A stretch of 64,000 nucleotides of DNA from Verrucomicrobiales bacterium (lineage in GTDB: Bacteria > Verrucomicrobiota > Verrucomicrobiia > Verrucomicrobiales > V1-33): positions 7,601 to 71,600 of the forward strand of contig JBPCQC010000008.1 of NCBI GenBank assembly GCA_050998515.1, read 5' to 3'. Positions 31,823 to 40,738 of the stretch are shown here, in pieces. The position numbers and the translations under genes were made by a program. The stretch's first letter is position 1. Each line of letters opens with the position of its first letter. Under the pieces are notes generated by a model. The model worked only from the letters and a program-made list of their open reading frames with translations. It did no database searches and was not told the DNA's origin.

Positions 31823-33769
31823 TTGTCTCACGCTCAGGATGCGGCATGGTCCGCGGCGATGGCCTCGATTTTCCGACGCATCCCGTTTCGCGAATCGCGT
31901 GGGCTGGTCATTGTCTGTGCAGTGATATTCGGAATGTTGCTGGCGGCGCGGATTCTCATCCCCGCCCCAGTGAGGGCGGAACGGTTGATCGAGAAACGCA
32001 AGGCCGCCGGCCAGGACATCCGTCCCGAGAGCTACGTCCCCGTCTGGCTTCACAAGGGGTTGCGTTGCAATCTTTGGATATCGGGCGCGCTCTTGCTGGC
32101 CAGCCCATGGCTGGGAAGTCGAAAACCGCGCCAACGCGAGGCTGGGATGAATCAGCCTTTCTCGCGGTGGACTCGCTGGCAGCTCGCCGGTTGCGCTGGG
32201 GTGATCGCACTGGCGGCCTGGCATAATACCCCCAGGCTCTTTCAATCGATGTGGGGCGATGAAGAATTCAATGCCAGCCGTTTCATCATCGACGAGGCCG
32301 TCCGGAAGGCTGATGGGGGGTTAGAAATTCGCCAGCGCCCGTGGCAAACGACGCTCTGGAATTGCCGCAAAACCACCAACCACATGGGCTATAGTGCGGT
32401 GGCGCGGCTGTCGCACTCGATGTTTTTCAAAAAGCGGGATGGGCCGAACGATCCATGGTTCAGCGAAGCCATCCTGCGCTTGCCAGTCTTCGTCGCTGGT
32501 TTGGCACTTATCCCGGCGTGGCTCTGGGCGATGAAGGCGTGGGGCCTTAACGGCTGGTGGTCGCTCGGATTTCTGGTATTGCATCCATGGTTTGCGCGCT
32601 TCGGTGTCGATGGACGGGCGTACGGGCTGATGATGCTCTTGGGTACCATCATGCTCGGGGCGATCGGTGAGGGCATGCGCCGGGGCGGCTGGTTCTGGTG
32701 GGGTCTCTTTGCGTTTTGCGAATCCTATCTGCTCTGGTGCAACGCCCAGAGCCTCTACTTGTGCGCCGCCGCCAACCTCACGATCGGTCTCGCCCTGATC
32801 GCATTACGGGCCAGGGGGAGCGAGCCCTGGCCGATTGCGTCCCGTTGGCTGGCCGCCAATATTTTCGCCCTCATGCTGGTGGTTGGTATGCTGGCACCGT
32901 GCTGGCCGCAGCTGCGCGAGTTCATGGCGACGCACCCAATTTCAGGTTCGCTCGATGCGCGTTGGTGGCGCGATTCGCTTTGTGGATGGACCTTCGGTCA
33001 GCCGTGGTCGGCCGCTGGCAGTTCAGCCAATCCCCTGTTGCATGCGATGACACTGTCGATGAAAAACGCGGGATTTATCCACTGGCTTGGCATTGTCGCT
33101 GTAAGCGCATGGTTGGGAAGTGGTCTCGTGTTAATGGCACGCAGTCCAAAGCTGCGCCCTTTGCTCGCGTGGAGCCTCGGCGCGCCGGTTTTAATGCTGG
33201 TCCACATGGGCCTCAGCCATACCCGTCCTTACGATTGGTATCTTGTGCCGTTTTTGCCCGGAATCCTGATCGCCGCTTCGGCGCTCGGTGATGCCATGAC
33301 GCGCGCCGGCTGGCGGGGCCGTGGCCTGCTAGTCCTCGCGCCAACCCTGGCGTTTTTTGCGTATTTGACGCACCGCCCGCGGCAGCTTTTCCGGCAACAT
33401 CCGACGGAACCCGCTCGCGAGTCGGTGGCGTCTTACCGCCCAGTCACCAATCCGCGTCATCCCGACATCGAGAAGCACGTGATCAGCGGTGGCTTCAGCA
33501 TGTTCACTGAAGGGTACGACCCGTGTCTGCATCGCTTCGAGGATGTGGCTGGCCTCGAGGCTTTGATGGCTCATGCCGACCGAACCGGCCGCGAGCTGTT
33601 TATCAACGCAGGATTTATCGACTTCCTCCGATCGGCTCCCGGCACGGCCGCGATCGTGGCGATTCTTGACGATCCGAATCGTTTTGAACACCCCCGCACG
33701 TTTTACGGATTGCTCCCATCCACCACGCGCGAGGTATACCGCTACCGCGGAAAACGCGCGGCCCCGTGA
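31823..33769 (+). CDS. Multi-pass membrane protein, GT-C (PMT/ArnT-like) glycosyltransferase
   Basis: Many TM helices; SMWGDE acidic motif after an early helix, NH, LRLP, GRAYG; start may be 31859. Confidence 0.65.
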   Translation: MSHAQDAAWSAAMASIFRRIPFRESRGLVIVCAVIFGMLLAARILIPAPVRAERLIEKRKAAGQDIRPESYVPVWLHKGLRCNLWISGALLLASPWLGSRKPRQREAGMNQPFSRWTRWQLAGCAGVIALAAWHNTPRLFQSMWGDEEFNASRFIIDEAVRKADGGLEIRQRPWQTTLWNCRKTTNHMGYSAVARLSHSMFFKKRDGPNDPWFSEAILRLPVFVAGLALIPAWLWAMKAWGLNGWWSLGFLVLHPWFARFGVDGRAYGLMMLLGTIMLGAIGEGMRRGGWFWWGLFAFCESYLLWCNAQSLYLCAAANLTIGLALIALRARGSEPWPIASRWLAANIFALMLVVGMLAPCWPQLREFMATHPISGSLDARWWRDSLCGWTFGQPWSAAGSSANPLLHAMTLSMKNAGFIHWLGIVAVSAWLGSGLVLMARSPKLRPLLAWSLGAPVLMLVHMGLSHTRPYDWYLVPFLPGILIAASALGDAMTRAGWRGRGLLVLAPTLAFFAYLTHRPRQLFRQHPTEPARESVASYRPVTNPRHPDIEKHVISGGFSMFTEGYDPCLHRFEDVAGLEALMAHADRTGRELFINAGFIDFLRSAPGTAAIVAILDDPNRFEHPRTFYGLLPSTTREVYRYRGKRAAP

Positions 33770-33995
33770 GATTCGATCCCGCCGCCGATTATTCTTGCGC
33801 CTCGAGCCGCAGAAATCGGGTGGCACCACCTGCCCATGGCACGGTAACATCATTGGTTTCTCAACAGACTCCCAGCCCAACAGCAGTGGCAATGCGCCCA
33901 GACCGCACCCAGCCCGGCGCAAATCCTGGCCAGGTTTGTCCAGCAGGAATGTGTCGCGCCCGCGGTCATGACCTTTAAGGTCTCGCTTCGCAGAA

Positions 33996-35285
33996 ATGAG
34001 CGCGCCTTCCGACTCTACGCGTCCCCGCGTCCTCGCGTCTCCAGGTCTTCGGACCGCGTGGGCGATCGTGGCCCTCCTCGTGCCGGTGGCGCTGCTCAAC
34101 TACCTCGACCGCCAGATGCTCGCGGCGATGAAGTTCTCTGTCATGCAGGACATTCCCAGCATCGGCCTCGAGGCGAACTGGGGGAAAATTCTCGCCGTCT
34201 TCAAGTGGGTGTATGCCGTCCTTAGTCCCATCGGCGGCTATCTCGCGGATCGGTACAGCCGCCGCCATGTTATTGCCGGCAGCCTCTTCGTCTGGTCGGC
34301 GGTGACGTGGGCCACCGGCCACGTAACCACCTACGAGCAACTTCTCGCGACCCGAGCGCTCATGGGTATCAGCGAGGCATTTTACATTCCAGCGGCGCTT
34401 GCGCTTATCGCGGATTTTCATCTCGGCCATACCCGCTCGCGCGCGGTCGGGTTTCACCAGATCGGCATTTACGCAGGAGTCATTGTAGGCGGCTTTAGCG
34501 GCTATGTGGCCGATAACCCGGCACTGGGATGGCGCTGGGCCTTCGATGCATGCGGCATCATCGGGATACTCTACGCGGTGCCGCTCTTTCTGTTTCTGCG
34601 AAACGCCGCGCGCCCTTCGGGGGTGCCGGAACGCGAGCCCGTTTCACCCAGTGGCTCGCTGCGAGAGTTGCTCGGCAACGGCTCATTCATTTTGCTCGTA
34701 CTCTATTTCACACTGCCCGCGCTCGCCGGCTGGGTCGTGCGCGACTGGATGCCGGCGATCCTGAAAACGGAGTTCAACATCGGCCAGGGCAAGGCGGGCG
34801 TCTCCGCCACCCTCTTTTGGCAGACCGCGGCCATCGTCGGCGCCATTTCTGGCGGCTGGCTCGCGGACCGTTGGATGCGGCGTGACGAGCGCGGCCGCAT
34901 TTTCGTCAGCGCCATTGGCATGTCGCTCATTGTACCGGCGATGTTTGGCGTCGGCTTCGCTCCGCAGACCGGACTGCTGTGGGTCGCCATCGCCTTTCTC
35001 ATTTTATTTGGCCTGGGCTGGGGATTCTTCGACGCGAATAACATGCCGATTCTCTGCCAGATCGCCCGCCCGGAGTTGCGCGCGACCGGCTATGGCATCA
35101 TGAATCTCGTCAGCATCAGTTGCGGCGGCTTCGCCGATTGGGGCTTCGGCCTCCTCCGCGACCGCCAGGTGCCGCTGTTCGGCATTTTCAGCATTTTCGC
35201 AAGCGCCGCTGTGGTTTCCATCGTGCTTGTTTTGCTGATTCGTCCGCGCCATACCGATCCCACTTCGGATCCCATCGCCCGTTGA
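33996..35285 (+). CDS. MFS transporter (anion/sugar-acid type)
   Basis: LNYLDRQ, GGYLADRYSRR, RALMGISEA, GGWLADRW; about 12 TM helices. Confidence 0.92.
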   Translation: MSAPSDSTRPRVLASPGLRTAWAIVALLVPVALLNYLDRQMLAAMKFSVMQDIPSIGLEANWGKILAVFKWVYAVLSPIGGYLADRYSRRHVIAGSLFVWSAVTWATGHVTTYEQLLATRALMGISEAFYIPAALALIADFHLGHTRSRAVGFHQIGIYAGVIVGGFSGYVADNPALGWRWAFDACGIIGILYAVPLFLFLRNAARPSGVPEREPVSPSGSLRELLGNGSFILLVLYFTLPALAGWVVRDWMPAILKTEFNIGQGKAGVSATLFWQTAAIVGAISGGWLADRWMRRDERGRIFVSAIGMSLIVPAMFGVGFAPQTGLLWVAIAFLILFGLGWGFFDANNMPILCQIARPELRATGYGIMNLVSISCGGFADWGFGLLRDRQVPLFGIFSIFASAAVVSIVLVLLIRPRHTDPTSDPIAR

Positions 35286-35296
35286 TTTCTTCTGAG

Positions 35297-35520
35297 ATGA
35301 CACTCACACATCCACTCCAAGGTCGGGTCGCGACTACGCACACACCATTTCACGCCGGCGAATCGCTGAATCTTGCCGCGGTCGGGATTCAGGCCGCACA
35401 TTTGTTGAAGTGGCATCTCAAGATGGTTTCCTCGGCGCCAGCAATGGCGGGAGCAACTCGCTCTCACTCGATGAACGCCGCGCCCGCCCGCTCCGATCGC
35501 TTGACGCGACCCATAAATAT
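35297..35520 (+). pseudogene. Decayed 5' fragment of an N-acetylneuraminate lyase/DapA-family gene
   Basis: MTLTHPLQGRVATTHTPFHAGESLNLAAVGIQAAHLL, then after a frameshift FLGASNGGSNSLSLDERRA (eroded GSTGE motif); rest absent. Confidence 0.7.
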
Positions 35521-35665
35521 GGGCGAGGTTCCCACGATGAAAACCGGTTAGGAATGTCGGCACCTTGGTCCACGCTAAAGAGGATGGCCGTTTTGGACAG
35601 GGTCAATTTGGGAGCCGCTCAGGGCGGGCAGCCCCTAATGTGCGCCGAATAGCGGCAGTCCACTT

Positions 35666-35791
35666 TCACAACGCCACCGAGGATGGAAGAAGTATCTCTA
35701 CGACTGCTGCCAGCGGATCATCGTTTGCGACATGCTCCCAGATTTCCAAGAGGTCGATTTCCGCGCGGGAACTGCGGTAAACCGTTGCCAT
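35666..35791 (-). pseudogene. Truncated ParE/RelE-family toxin (41 aa)
   Basis: MATVYRSSRAEIDLLEIWEHVANDDPLAA is a typical ParE N-terminus and jumps to VVEIL; TAATG overlap with the upstream antitoxin. Confidence 0.75.
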
Positions 35792-36027
35792 TAGCCACGA
35801 CAGTCGGCTCCCGACCGAGCGCGGGCTTTGCGTTTGATGTCTGCCATGTCGAGTGGTGCGACTTCGCCCCGCGCAATCTGGTCGAGGCCGATTTGAACCT
35901 CACCGCGCAATTGTTCGCGTCGGACTTCAATGACGTCTATCGCTTCACAAAGCCATGTGACCAACTCGCTACGCTGCTCCGTAGGGAGATTCGCAGCGGC
36001 GGCTTTGATTTCCTGAAGCGTGCTCAT
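35791..36027 (-). CDS. ParD-like antitoxin
   Basis: 78 aa; LRGEVQIGLDQIARGEVAPLDMADIK is a ParD-type C-terminus; coupled to the ParE-like ORF. Confidence 0.75.
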   Translation of the reverse strand: MSTLQEIKAAAANLPTEQRSELVTWLCEAIDVIEVRREQLRGEVQIGLDQIARGEVAPLDMADIKRKARARSGADCRG

Positions 36028-36037
36028 GCGCACTACT

Positions 36038-36694
36038 CTACCAATCGCCTCCTGGCCTTGCAAAGACGGATTCCGCTCGCCCAGTGTGAGACGTTTGCCA
36101 CCACCTTCCCGTAAGGTTCTCACCCCTGCCTGTCTTCATGGACGGGCTGTGAGCGTCGGCATCTCGAACATCGGTGACTTGGTTACACGCAGCAGGACGG
36201 CGAATGCGAATTTGAGATGACGGATCGTTAAGAAATGGGATTAGTAAGTCGACGACATCGCCTGGCGGATGATCATCCAGCAAGTCGCAAAGACGATTGA
36301 TCGGCGCTTCCGGCAGAAGACCCGTTCCTGTGGGAATAGTGAGCTTTGCTCGAAATGACTGGTCAGCAAGAATCCTGATAACTGCCGGATGCACTCGCGG
36401 TCCCAGCGATTGAAGAATCCGTTTTTCGCCCCACGCATCATCGCTGGTTTCCACATCGAAAACAAAATGCCTTACCGCCTGAGTGATTTGAGCGGCGTTC
36501 CAACGCTGGGCCCCTTCGGCGTCATGTTCGGCCTCGAGCCGTCCTTCGGCTATCGCGGTCCACAGGCCGGGATTCTTCACAAAATCCTTGAACCTCGGGA
36601 ATCGGGTCCCATGAGATTTCCGGAACACCCAGACAGCCGCGATGGCAAACGCCGCGATGAACAGCCAGCAAAAGGGTGATCGAATCAAAGTCAT
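36038..36694 (-). pseudogene. Membrane-anchored hypothetical protein, probably 3'-truncated at a HEAT-like repeat
   Basis: N-terminal TM helix; protein-like up to LIPFLNDPSSQIR (about 36205), then loses coding character. Confidence 0.5.
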
Positions 36695-36806
36695 TGCTTG
36701 CGACGATAGCGATCCAGCGAATTCCTTGCCACAAAAAGAACAAACACCGCTGCGCACTCGCAGTGTGTCGGCACATCGCGCCCACCCTTTACAAGCGAAC
36801 AAAACC

Positions 36807-36854
36807 ATGAACACCAAAGAGCTCATTCGCCTTGGCGTGCCTGAAGGCATTTAG
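36807..36854 (+). pseudogene. 15-codon stub resembling the N-terminus of long-form RtcB
   Basis: MNTKELIRLGVPEG then TAG inside the heptamer array; A-rich leader; the xLxxLGxxxG pattern is also seen in the CCA-enzyme tail in this window. Confidence 0.55.
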
Positions 36855-36885
36855 CATTTAGCATGTAAGATTGAGGATTGGGATT
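36847..36885 (+). repeat. Left heptamer array of the four-helix-bundle cassette
   Basis: GCATTTA GCATTTA GCATGTA AGATTGA GGATTGG GATT. Confidence 0.8.
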
Positions 36886-36891
36886 CTTACG

Positions 36892-37254
36892 ATGAACAAG
36901 GAAGAACTGAAGAAACGAACGAAGGCCTTTGCCCTTCGAGTGATCTCCCTGGTGGATCATTTGCCAATCACGTCCAAGGGGCGCGTGCTGGGCGATCAAT
37001 TGTTGCGCAGCGGCACGTCCGTAGGCGCAAATTATCGGGCGGCTTGTCGCGCACGATCGACCGCGGAATTTGTCGCAAAGCTCGGGAACGTTCTCGAGGA
37101 GGCGGACGAAAGCGGATTTTGGCTCGAACTGATCGTGGAGGGCGGATTGCTCCCGGCGAAGCGGGTGGAAGCGCTTCTCGCAGAAGCCAATGAACTCACG
37201 GCGATTTTCTTCACTGCGCGACGCACAACATCGACCAAAAATCCTAAATCTTAA
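36892..37254 (+). CDS. Four-helix-bundle protein (23S rRNA IVS protein / TIGR02436-like)
   Basis: LKKRTKAFALRVI, QLLRSGTSVGANYRAACRARS.AEFVAKL, EEADESGFWLEL, EANELTAIF. Confidence 0.95.
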   Translation: MNKEELKKRTKAFALRVISLVDHLPITSKGRVLGDQLLRSGTSVGANYRAACRARSTAEFVAKLGNVLEEADESGFWLELIVEGGLLPAKRVEALLAEANELTAIFFTARRTTSTKNPKS

Positions 37255-37259
37255 ATCCT
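37239..37259 (+). repeat. Right heptamer array, inverted relative to the left array
   Basis: AAATCCT AAATCTT AAATCCT; reverse complement AGGATTT AAGATTT AGGATTT resembles the left AGCATGT AAGATTG AGGATTG. Confidence 0.8.
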
Positions 37260-37261
37260 AT

Positions 37262-38515
37262 ATGGTAAATTTCCGCCAGTGGGGGGAGGGCCTTGAAGCT
37301 GAGCCGGTGAAGCAGATGGCCAATGCGTGCGCGCTGCCGGTGGCGGTGGCGGGCGCGCTGATGCCGGATGCCCATGTGGGCTATGGGCTTCCCATCGGCG
37401 GCGTACTTGCGACGGACAACGCGGTGATCCCTTACGCCGTTGGGGTGGACATCGCGTGCCGGATGAAGCTGTCTGTGTTCGAGGGCAAGGCGAATATGAT
37501 CGCGGGTCAGAAGGGTCGCCTGGCCAATATCATCGAGAGCGAAACCCGCTTCGGCATGGGCTGCGAATTCAAGCAGCGCCGGCAGCACGACGTGATGGAC
37601 GAGGACTGGAGCGTTTCACCCGTGACACAGCGTTTGCGCGATAAGGCGTGGGCGCAACTCGGCACCAGTGGTTCGGGCAACCATTTCGTCGAGTTTGGTG
37701 CGTTTTCTGTGCCAGATGTTGCCGCGGCTGCTGTAGCTGGGGTCTGTGACCGCGGATCCGGCCTCACAGAGACCGGCTACAGTTCCGGCCTCGCAGAGGC
37801 CGGGTACAACGTGCCCTCGGGCGAATATGTGGCGCTGCTCTCGCACAGCGGATCGCGGGGCACCGGCGCGCAGGTTTGCCAGCACTACAGCCGCATCGCC
37901 ATGAATCGCCGCGCGGATCTGCCCAAGGAACTCAAGCATCTGGCGTGGCTCTCGCTCGAAGACTCGGACGGCCAGGAATACTGGGCCGCGATGAATCTCA
38001 TGGGTCGTTACGCGGCTGCAAATCACGCGCTCATTCATCACCACATCGCGAAAGCACTCGGCCTGCGCGTAATCCTTGACATCGAGAATCATCACAACTT
38101 CGCGTGGAAGGAACGCCACGTGGTGAACGGAGTCGAGCGCGAGGTCATCGTGCACCGCAAGGGCGCAACCCCGGCGGCCACGGGCGTCCTCGGTATCATC
38201 CCAGGTTCGATGGCCTCGCCCGGATTCGTGGTGCGCGGCAAGGGCGAACCCGAATCGCTGCACTCGGCTTCGCATGGCGCCGGCCGCGTGATGAGCCGCA
38301 CCAAGGCGATGCAATCCTTCACCTGGAGCGCGACGAGAAAACTGCTCGCGGAGCGCGGTGTCGAGTTGCTCAGCGCCGGCCTCGACGAAGTGCCGGGCGT
38401 CTATAAGGACATTCACACCGTCATGGCTGCCCAGACTGATCTGGTCGACGTCCTCGGACGCTTTGATCCCAAGCTCGTGAAAATGTGCCCCGCCGGCGAG
38501 AAGGCGGAGGACTGA
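37262..38515 (+). CDS. rtcB: RNA 2',3'-cyclic phosphate--5'-OH ligase RtcB
   Basis: MPDAHVGYGLPIGG, VGVDIAC, LGTSGSGNHFVE, HSGSRG, HHN, HRKGAT, PGSM, SASHGAGR, DEVPGVYK. Confidence 0.95.
   Translation: MVNFRQWGEGLEAEPVKQMANACALPVAVAGALMPDAHVGYGLPIGGVLATDNAVIPYAVGVDIACRMKLSVFEGKANMIAGQKGRLANIIESETRFGMGCEFKQRRQHDVMDEDWSVSPVTQRLRDKAWAQLGTSGSGNHFVEFGAFSVPDVAAAAVAGVCDRGSGLTETGYSSGLAEAGYNVPSGEYVALLSHSGSRGTGAQVCQHYSRIAMNRRADLPKELKHLAWLSLEDSDGQEYWAAMNLMGRYAAANHALIHHHIAKALGLRVILDIENHHNFAWKERHVVNGVEREVIVHRKGATPAATGVLGIIPGSMASPGFVVRGKGEPESLHSASHGAGRVMSRTKAMQSFTWSATRKLLAERGVELLSAGLDEVPGVYKDIHTVMAAQTDLVDVLGRFDPKLVKMCPAGEKAED
37732..37809. repeat. REP elements embedded in-frame in rtcB
   Basis: TGTAG-CTGGGGTCTGTGACCGCGG-AT-CCGGCCTCACAGAGACCGG-CTACA-GTT-CCGGCCTCGCAGAGGCCGG-GTACA matches the reverse complement of the 20380 array unit. 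Confidence 0.85.
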
Positions 38516-38638
38516 ATGAGTTTGAGCTGGCCGCGGTGCCGGAGCCCTCCGCGCTTCTCAGCCTCGCGCTCTCCGTGGGCTAGGCAATTCTGCACCGCCT
38601 CAGCCGAGGCTTTGCCATTCGGTGAAGGACCTGCGGCC

Positions 38639-39580
38639 TCAAACGGCGGACGCGGCGGCAGCGTCTGGAATGGCCCTCTGGCAGTTTGCCACCAGTTGCT
38701 CGAGGCGCCGTCCATACTTGACGTAACTTTCGAATTGCTCGCGTGCCTTCTCTTCAGGATCGCCGTTCTGTTTTTTGCTTAAATCATGAAACACCACACT
38801 GACGTGCGGTTCGATGCTGACAAATCCGCGGTATCCGCTGCGCAGCAGGTCTTCCATAATTCGCGGCACCTGCCCGTCGCCTTCGCCCGGCATGGTATAG
38901 TCGAGGTCCTTTCTGGAAGGGTTCCAAATCCCATCCTTGACGTGGACGTGGGCGATGTGCGCCTTGACCGCCTGATAAAACAACCACGAATCCTGACGCT
39001 GGCCGCGACGATCGCGATCTTCGTTAAAGCAGGGATTGCCGGTGTCGAAGACCCATTTCAAGCCCGGCACATTCTCGAGCAATCGCCGGGCATTGGTAAC
39101 TGACATCCCGCCGTAGTTCATGCAGTTTTCGTGCACAGAGATGATGCCGGCATCATCGAAACGAGCCTTGATTTCGCGCAGCCGGCGAAAGCGCTCCTGC
39201 TCCATTTGATCTGGAGCGTCTGAACCATCCGCATTGAGCCGCGGTTTGTAACTCATAATCCGCACGATCTTCGTATCGAGGCGCTGCATTTTGGGAATGG
39301 CGCGCGCAATTTCCGCCTTCGTAATAGCGAAATCATCCTCGATGTCATGGGCCCAATTGCCGATCACGGAGCCAAATCCTGCTACGCCAATTCCCGCCTC
39401 GTCCAATCGGGCACAGAGCACATCAAAGGCACGATCTGATAAATCGTGAACGTTTCGGACCGGCTCGTCTCCCACCTCCACGTTGCGCAATTCGATGTGT
39501 TGCCAGCCCAATTCCGTGGTGGCCTTGATCTGTGCCTCGATGGCATTGCCTGCTTCGTCTCCGATACCGGTGAGAATCAT
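38639..39580 (-). CDS. Sugar phosphate isomerase/epimerase (xylose-isomerase-like TIM barrel)
   Basis: GIGDEAG, VHENC, FDTGN, HVHVKDG, PGEGDG, SIEPH. Confidence 0.88.
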   Translation of the reverse strand: MILTGIGDEAGNAIEAQIKATTELGWQHIELRNVEVGDEPVRNVHDLSDRAFDVLCARLDEAGIGVAGFGSVIGNWAHDIEDDFAITKAEIARAIPKMQRLDTKIVRIMSYKPRLNADGSDAPDQMEQERFRRLREIKARFDDAGIISVHENCMNYGGMSVTNARRLLENVPGLKWVFDTGNPCFNEDRDRRGQRQDSWLFYQAVKAHIAHVHVKDGIWNPSRKDLDYTMPGEGDGQVPRIMEDLLRSGYRGFVSIEPHVSVVFHDLSKKQNGDPEEKAREQFESYVKYGRRLEQLVANCQRAIPDAAAASAV

Positions 39581-39802
39581 CTCACAGCATTAGCACGCCA
39601 GGAAGAGGGGGCAAGTTGCGAGCGTGCCAGAAGCGCTTACTCCCACCCGCGCCAAAAGCTCACGTCGTTTGCGACGATCTTGATGAGAAGTCCGCGGGCG
39701 GCTGCACAGGAACCTTAAGACCGACTACATGCCCGGCATCGTCATGCGCGTGCCGTTGCCGGGCACGCGCATCGCCGTGTGAGGTTGCAATCAGGAGCCT
39801 CG

Positions 39803-40483
39803 CTATTTCGGGCTGGTCGTCGTGGTCGTCGTGCGTTCTTCGCGAGTTTCGACGGCCGGAGGCGGCACGCTGACGGCTTTCCGAACGATCACCTTCGAGG
39901 CAATCATGCGATCGCCTGTGCGGGTGTAATGCACGGTGACCGGCAAGCCCGACTTGAGCAGCTCGCGAGAAACCGGCGCGCCGGTTTCGTCTACATACGT
40001 CGTCGTTTTTGAGTAGCTGTAGCGGAGTGGCTCGGGTGAGCTTTCCGTGCGCACGACTATGGTTTCGGGGCCGAATTCACTCAGGGTCCCCATCGTGCGT
40101 GTGGTCGTTGTTGTCTCCTTGGCGAGAGTCCCGCCGGGCGTTATCGAGCTCTTTTTCACGACGACTTTCGAGGCGACAAGACCATCCGCAGATTTGGTGT
40201 AATGAACGGTCACGGGCAACCCGGCTTTCAGGTAGGTCCGCTCGACCGGCGCTCCGGTTTCATCCACGTAAGTGGTTGTCTTCGAGTAGCGGTAACGCAA
40301 CGGCTCCGGGGCTGCCTCAGTGCGTACCACAATGGCATCAGGACCAAACTCGCTCAAGGTGCCGACACTGGTAGTCGTGGTGCTCGTCGATGACTCGACG
40401 ACCTGAGCATAAGGCGTGACAGCCAGCATTAGACTGCAGACTGCCGCACCGGGGAATAGGCGTAGGATTCTTTTCATTGTCAT
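39803..40483 (-). CDS. Secreted protein with two tandem ~78-aa beta-rich repeats
   Basis: Signal peptide; GTLSEFGP..IVVRTE..PEPLRY.YSKTTTYVDETGAPV....LK.GLPVTVHYT occurs twice; Thr-rich linkers. Confidence 0.8.
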   Translation of the reverse strand: MTMKRILRLFPGAAVCSLMLAVTPYAQVVESSTSTTTTSVGTLSEFGPDAIVVRTEAAPEPLRYRYSKTTTYVDETGAPVERTYLKAGLPVTVHYTKSADGLVASKVVVKKSSITPGGTLAKETTTTTRTMGTLSEFGPETIVVRTESSPEPLRYSYSKTTTYVDETGAPVSRELLKSGLPVTVHYTRTGDRMIASKVIVRKAVSVPPPAVETREERTTTTTTSPK

Positions 40484-40738
40484 TGATTGGATTGTATTTT
40501 TCCCGCGGAACTTCGCGGGATTACCAAACAATACGCAGCCTTCCCGGTCTTTGAACTCCTTACGGCCCGCAGGGTTCCCGCGGCACAATTAAGGAATTCC
40601 CTTGTCGCAATCCGTGGCGATCATCTATGCCCGCAACGCAGCTTTTACCCTTCGCAAACCCACCATGAGGCATTCTGTGCGAAGACGGCGCATCGGCGCC
40701 ACGCGTGTCGAGCCAGCTTCGTCAACTTATTCCCACGT

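Noticed and set aside
36760-36790. Sigma54 promoter for rtcB (GGCAC)
   Set aside because: No GC at the required -12 spacing, and no rtcR/rtcA nearby.
36892-37254. Diversity-generating retroelement (Avd-like gene)
   Set aside because: No reverse transcriptase and no TR/VR pair with adenine-specific mismatches in the window.
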